Below are positions 60,331 through 64,000 of a DNA stretch of 64,000 nt, piece after piece. The notes below the pieces were generated by a model. That model was not told where the DNA came from. It did not search any database and saw only the letters and a program-made list of their open reading frames with translations. Made by a program: the position numbers and the translations under genes. Origin of the DNA: an uncultured archaeon. GTDB taxonomy: Archaea; Altiarchaeota; Altiarchaeia; IMC4; QMZM01. The first letter of the stretch is position 1; the number at the start of each line of letters is the position of its first letter. The stretch is taken from assembly GCA_964549685.1 (NCBI GenBank), contig CAZJVE010000003.1, positions 17,706 to 81,705 of the forward strand, given 5' to 3'.

Positions 60331-60738
60331 CTATTTTATTGGTACGAATAATGAGGAGCGGGTTGCTCCAACGCCCGGGGCTGAGTGCTTGACCGGCTTC
60401 CTTGTTGGGGAATATTCTCCAAGGTACTGGCCAATCATCTCCGTTTTAATCTCAACCCGGGTAAATTCCTTCCCGTTATAAATCTCAAAGTCGAGGCCCA
60501 CCATCTCCGGGAGTATGGGCGTGTCCCTGCAGTGTGTCTTTACGGCCTCCTTCTTCCCTTCCTTCAGGGCCTCCTGTGCCTTCTTTACCTTCTTCAGAAG
60601 CTTCTTCTGCTCCTCGTTAAGGCCCCTCGTCAAAGACCTTCTTGCTCTGGACGGCAGTATCTTTACCAGCTCGTCCATCGACATTGCATTCAGCTCTTCC
60701 AGGCTATGGCCCCTGTACTTGAAAACCTTCTTTACCAT
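60331..60738 (-). CDS. rps19: 30S ribosomal protein S19 (uS19)
   Basis: '[11 protein letters not shown]', 'RARRSLTRG', '[28 protein letters not shown]'. Confidence 0.94.
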   Translation of the reverse strand: MVKKVFKYRGHSLEELNAMSMDELVKILPSRARRSLTRGLNEEQKKLLKKVKKAQEALKEGKKEAVKTHCRDTPILPEMVGLDFEIYNGKEFTRVEIKTEMIGQYLGEYSPTRKPVKHSAPGVGATRSSLFVPIK

Positions 60739-61460
60739 TATCTTTTCCTCCTGCCCGTCCTTTTAGGAGATATATGTCCCACCTTTGCCCCCGGAGGCGT
60801 GTCATGGGTTACCGACGGCCTTGAGTGCGGGTTCCTTCCGCCTCCGTGTGGATGGTCGACAGCATTCATCGCGTTTCCAGAGGTTCGGGGATATAGTTTA
60901 TTTCTTGCTTTATGCTTATAAAACGCCTGTCCTGCATGCACGAGGGGCTTTTCCTTTCTGCCGCCTCCGGCAACCTTGCCTATGGTCGCCCTCGCATTGC
61001 TGTTTATCGCTATGGTCTTCTTTGAAGGCATCTGGACATAGGTTAGATTTGAGCCCTTCTCATGGGAAACGACATAGGCACTGGTTCCTGAGGCCCTTAC
61101 CAGTTTTCCTCCGTCGCCGGGTTTCATCTCAAGGTTATAGACCTGAGTGCCTTCCTGTATCTTGCCCAGGGGGAGGATATTTCCCTTGCCGGGCTTGGCC
61201 TTCTCCCCCAGGTCAATCCAGTCTCCAACCTGGATTCCCTCCGGAGCTATTATCATAATCCCCTGGAAATTCTCCAGTAGAATTCTCGCGAGTGGGGCAG
61301 ACCTTCCTGGGTCGTTTATCAGCTCGGTTACCTGTCCCGAAATCCCCTTGCCGTAGTCCTTGACCGATGGGTATTTTATATCGCCCTTGAACCTGTGCGA
61401 AGGGGTCCTGTAACGGGGAGTTCCCCTCCCTCTCCTCTGCGGTATAAGTCTCTTGCCCAT
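60738..61460 (-). CDS. rpl2: 50S ribosomal protein L2 (uL2)
   Basis: '[15 protein letters not shown]', '[22 protein letters not shown]', '[10 protein letters not shown]'. Confidence 0.96.
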   Translation of the reverse strand: MGKRLIPQRRGRGTPRYRTPSHRFKGDIKYPSVKDYGKGISGQVTELINDPGRSAPLARILLENFQGIMIIAPEGIQVGDWIDLGEKAKPGKGNILPLGKIQEGTQVYNLEMKPGDGGKLVRASGTSAYVVSHEKGSNLTYVQMPSKKTIAINSNARATIGKVAGGGRKEKPLVHAGQAFYKHKARNKLYPRTSGNAMNAVDHPHGGGRNPHSRPSVTHDTPPGAKVGHISPKRTGRRKR

Positions 61461-61462
61461 TT

Positions 61463-61723
61463 TTACAGCACTCCGAACTGTGAAGCAACCTCCTCTGCCG
61501 AGAACTTCTCAGAGAGTTTTATATGTGCCTTCTTCTTGCCGTCCATTGTATTCATGGTGTTCACGTCAAGTATCTCCACATCATACAGAGATTCAACCGC
61601 GTCCCTGATGTCCTTCTTTGTCGACTCTTTCGACACTATGAATGTGAGCTTGTTTTCCATTTCCCTCAGCATGGTGGCCTTTTCGCCCATCATGGGGTAT
61701 AAAAGAACCTTATTTGGATCCAT
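61463..61723 (-). CDS. rpl23: 50S ribosomal protein L23 (uL23)
   Basis: 'LYPMMGEKATML', 'KLTFIVSKESTKKDIRDAVESLYDVEI'. Confidence 0.92.
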   Translation of the reverse strand: MDPNKVLLYPMMGEKATMLREMENKLTFIVSKESTKKDIRDAVESLYDVEILDVNTMNTMDGKKKAHIKLSEKFSAEEVASQFGVL

Positions 61724-62519
61724 TCTCGTTTATCGCCTTCTCCACGTTGTTAATGGCTCCCTTTGTCCAGAGAGTCAGTCTTCCGGCATGGGTTCCGGGA
61801 GCAAGCAGCTCGATGTTCAGTTCATCGACCCTGGCTATGTCAACGCCGGGGATGTTCCTTGCCCCTGACTTTATGCCAGAGTCCTCGTTGACAATTATTA
61901 GCAGACTCTTCCTTTTCTTGTATTTTCTTCCCCTCATCTTGCCTCTGCCGGCCCTTATCCTTTTCTCTTCGGCCCTTGCGAGGTCGTCATCAAGCCCAAG
62001 GATATCGAGCGTCTTCTTGACCTCCTTGGTTTTGTTCAGCTTCTCGAACGAATCCTCGACAACGAGGGGGAATTCCTTGACCTTTTCTATCTTGTGGCCC
62101 CTTCCTTTTATTAAATCGGAGTCCGCGGTTGCAGCAATCGCGGATTTTATTGCAAGAATGTATTCCTTTTTGTTTATCTTCTTTGTGAAATCCTGTCCAA
62201 CGGGTGGGTGGGACCTTCTGCCGCCGACTGATTGGGGAACTCTCCTTACCTTGCCAAGTCCGCCACCCCCTGTCTTCTCTCTCGGAAGTCTTGACTGCCC
62301 CCTGTTTATCGTCTGCCTGTACGTGTCTCTCCTTCTTCCGAAGTAGTCTGCACTGGTTCCCAGGCCGGCTCTCTTCTTTACCGAGTAGTGCTGCCTCTTA
62401 TTGGCCTCGGCCGATACCACTGCCCTCTGAATCAGGTCGGGCCTGAATTCTACCTTGAACAACTCGGGTAATTGGATATTTCCTGCCTCCTTACCGTCTA
62501 GAGAATAAATCTTTGACAT
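61710..62519 (-). CDS. rpl4: 50S ribosomal protein L4 (uL4)
   Basis: 'PELFKVEFRPDLIQRAV', 'GRRRDTYRQTINRGQSRLPREK', 'IRAGRGKMRGRKY'. Confidence 0.94.
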   Translation of the reverse strand: MSKIYSLDGKEAGNIQLPELFKVEFRPDLIQRAVVSAEANKRQHYSVKKRAGLGTSADYFGRRRDTYRQTINRGQSRLPREKTGGGGLGKVRRVPQSVGGRRSHPPVGQDFTKKINKKEYILAIKSAIAATADSDLIKGRGHKIEKVKEFPLVVEDSFEKLNKTKEVKKTLDILGLDDDLARAEEKRIRAGRGKMRGRKYKKRKSLLIIVNEDSGIKSGARNIPGVDIARVDELNIELLAPGTHAGRLTLWTKGAINNVEKAINENGSK

Positions 62520-62520
62520 A

Positions 62521-63510
62521 TTATACTCCCTGTTTTGATTCCACGTTAATGTGCTTTATCTCGAGGTTTATCTCCCCCGCCTCACGCCTTGGGTTGTTGA
62601 TTCTTATCAGCCTTTTAGTGGGACCTGGAACGGAGCCCTTCACAATGATGTAACTGCCACTGACATTCCCGTACTTGAGAAAGCCGCCCTTGGGAGTCAC
62701 CTCCTTACCGTCGTTGCCCACCCTTATGATGCCCTTGTTGAGCTCAGTCCTTGTGTGATAACCCATCTGCCCCGGAAGCGGCTCGGACCACAGCTTATAG
62801 GCGGGCTTCCATGCCCCGCCGCTACCCATGTGCCTCCTGCCCTTGCTCGCCTTCCTCTGCTGTTTCCTGAGCCCGTATCTCTTTATGATGCCCTGGAAGC
62901 CCTTTCCCTTGGTTACTGCAGTCACATCAGCCATAGAATTCTCCTGCAGAATCTCATCGGCCTTTATCTCCTTGCCAAGGTGCTCCTTTGCGAATTCGAG
63001 CTTTTCCTGAATCTGCCCTCCCAGGGCAATCTCCATCATGTCCGGAACCTTTTTTGATAATGACGTAAGTCTTGGCTGTGTATGGGCCAGAAGCCTTATG
63101 TCCGAGATACTGTCAAGGTTCTTCTCCAATCCCTTTATGCCCTTGTCATGGTCCCTCTTCTTCGGGAGCTTGGTCCTCTTATCAAGGTCCTTGCTCAGTT
63201 CCTTGGTCCAGACATCGACAGAGGTCTTCTTTCCGCCGTAGCCGTTCGAATATGCGCGAAAACCAGCAATCACCATCGGGGGGGCGTCTATCACCGTAAC
63301 CGGAACGAAGATTTCCAGGCCCGCGGTGGGGCTGTTCTTCCCGTTGTCTTTTGCTATTATGTGGGTCATTCCCACCTTGTAGCCGACAAAACCGAGCGGC
63401 TTGGCCTCATCTGAACCGGGCCATGAGCGCTGCCTGGGCGTCTGCTTCTTCGCCCTCTTTCTCGGTTTATAGGCCAGTGAACCTCTTCTCGGTTTATGGA
63501 TGCTTGCCAT
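62521..63510 (-). CDS. rpl3: 50S ribosomal protein L3 (uL3)
   Basis: 'HKPRRGSLAYKPRKRA', 'GYKVGMTHI', 'TKGKGFQGIIKRYG', 'GQMGYHTRTE'. Confidence 0.96.
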   Translation of the reverse strand: MASIHKPRRGSLAYKPRKRAKKQTPRQRSWPGSDEAKPLGFVGYKVGMTHIIAKDNGKNSPTAGLEIFVPVTVIDAPPMVIAGFRAYSNGYGGKKTSVDVWTKELSKDLDKRTKLPKKRDHDKGIKGLEKNLDSISDIRLLAHTQPRLTSLSKKVPDMMEIALGGQIQEKLEFAKEHLGKEIKADEILQENSMADVTAVTKGKGFQGIIKRYGLRKQQRKASKGRRHMGSGGAWKPAYKLWSEPLPGQMGYHTRTELNKGIIRVGNDGKEVTPKGGFLKYGNVSGSYIIVKGSVPGPTKRLIRINNPRREAGEINLEIKHINVESKQGV

Positions 63511-63562
63511 TTTGTGAAGTAAGTATAAGACATAAGAACTGAGATATAAAAATAGGCCCTTG

Positions 63563-64000
63563 CTACTGAAATGAGGGTAGAATCGAATTCCTCAGGCTGG
63601 GGCCAATCCCGAGAATGAGAATCACTAATTTCAGCATTTTGTAGAGGGTCTCGTCCTTTTCTTCCTCCTCCCGATACCACTTCTCGAGGAGATATAGGAC
63701 TGTCAGGATTACCAACAGCTTGAGGGGAATCATGATTATCGCATTTCCTGCAAAATCTATCAGAAGCCTGGGCAGGAGATGCTCCTCAAGGAAGCCATAA
63801 TACTCTATACCATAAAAGGAAGAGGTGCCGTCAAGGAGGTGGGCGAATATTATTGCAACGTTCTCCTGCTTCCGGAATATTCGCAGCCCTGGAGTTGATG
63901 ATGCAAAATAGACGATTCCCGTGATAAATGCAGCAATGGCCACTGGATAGAGGATTACGAGGGGATTTTTTATGTAAGGGATAAGGTAGTAGATGAGAAT
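63563..64000 (-). CDS. DUF63-type archaeal membrane protein (5' end beyond the window)
   Basis: 'FAHLLDGTSSFYGIEYYGFLEEHLLPR', multiple TM segments. The frame stays open from the GTG at 63943 to the window edge (hand-checked, no stops). Usual position upstream of L3 in archaea. Confidence 0.7.
   Translation of the reverse strand: MLIYYLIPYIKNPLVILYPVAIAAFITGIVYFASSTPGLRIFRKQENVAIIFAHLLDGTSSFYGIEYYGFLEEHLLPRLLIDFAGNAIIMIPLKLLVILTVLYLLEKWYREEEEKDETLYKMLKLVILILGIGPSLRNSILPSFQ

Noticed and set aside
1-64000. Search for mobile elements, integrases, toxin-antitoxin, restriction-modification, CRISPR-Cas or other defence islands
   Set aside because: None of the translated ORFs shows transposase, integrase, nuclease-helicase, Cas or methyltransferase hallmarks by eye. 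The tRNA genes are not flanked by direct repeats or integrase genes. The novelty in this window appears metabolic and regulatory rather than defence-related.

Overview
Archaeal chromosome segment, densely coded, with no rRNA genes, CRISPR arrays, transposases, integrases or recognisable defence genes. The content points to a methane-metabolising euryarchaeon (methanogen or ANME-like): formylmethanofuran dehydrogenase and heterodisulfide reductase genes, an archaeal histone, DGGGP synthase, Orc1/Cdc6, archaeal SepF, Pelota, aEF-1alpha and aEF-2, and an archaeal L3-to-S14 ribosomal protein cluster that includes aSUI1 and RNase P Rpp29. There are three tRNAs: Cys-GCA, Glu-UUC, and Thr-GGU carrying a 39-nt intron. 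Main blocks, left to right: (1) A sulfur-trafficking neighbourhood: E1-like enzyme, GG-terminated MoaD/ThiS-like protein, threonine-synthase-like PLP enzyme, YkgJ Cys-cluster protein, FAH-family protein, NadA, cysteine desulfurase and IscU. Its four promoters all carry the same palindrome, ATTATGC-N6-GCATAAT. (2) A tightly packed 13-gene operon (6778-14272). It encodes an internally duplicated Cys-motif transporter, two mini membrane proteins, three single-pass ferredoxin-like proteins with non-canonical Cys motifs, a NapH-like polyferredoxin membrane protein, membrane-tethered HdrC-like and HdrB-like subunits, a CBS protein and a CcdA/DsbD-like protein. I could not assign this combination to any described complex, and it is my best candidate for an undescribed membrane thiol/sulfur redox system. 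(3) An 11-gene, translationally coupled fwdA-fwdC-hdrA(MvhD fusion)-polyferredoxin-hdrC-hdrB-ferredoxin-fwdD-membrane protein-NTPase-fwdB operon. (4) Housekeeping and envelope genes: histone, pilin-like protein, argC, two GT4 genes, an HTH plus 5xPAS regulator, an SdpI/ArsR pair, orc1, sepF, rhomboid, the C-terminal half of a split carB, DGGGPS, acyl-CoA synthetase, PHI and pelota. (5) A MerP/MerT-like metal module. (6) A rearranged translation cluster in which S14 runs directly into S7-EF2. A frameshifted gene for a roughly 1250-aa dockerin-bearing surface protein sits between EF-2 and EF-1alpha. Function calls come from motif recognition by eye on the supplied translations, and no database search was run. 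The ORF track uses ATG, GTG and TTG starts, so I re-picked several starts.
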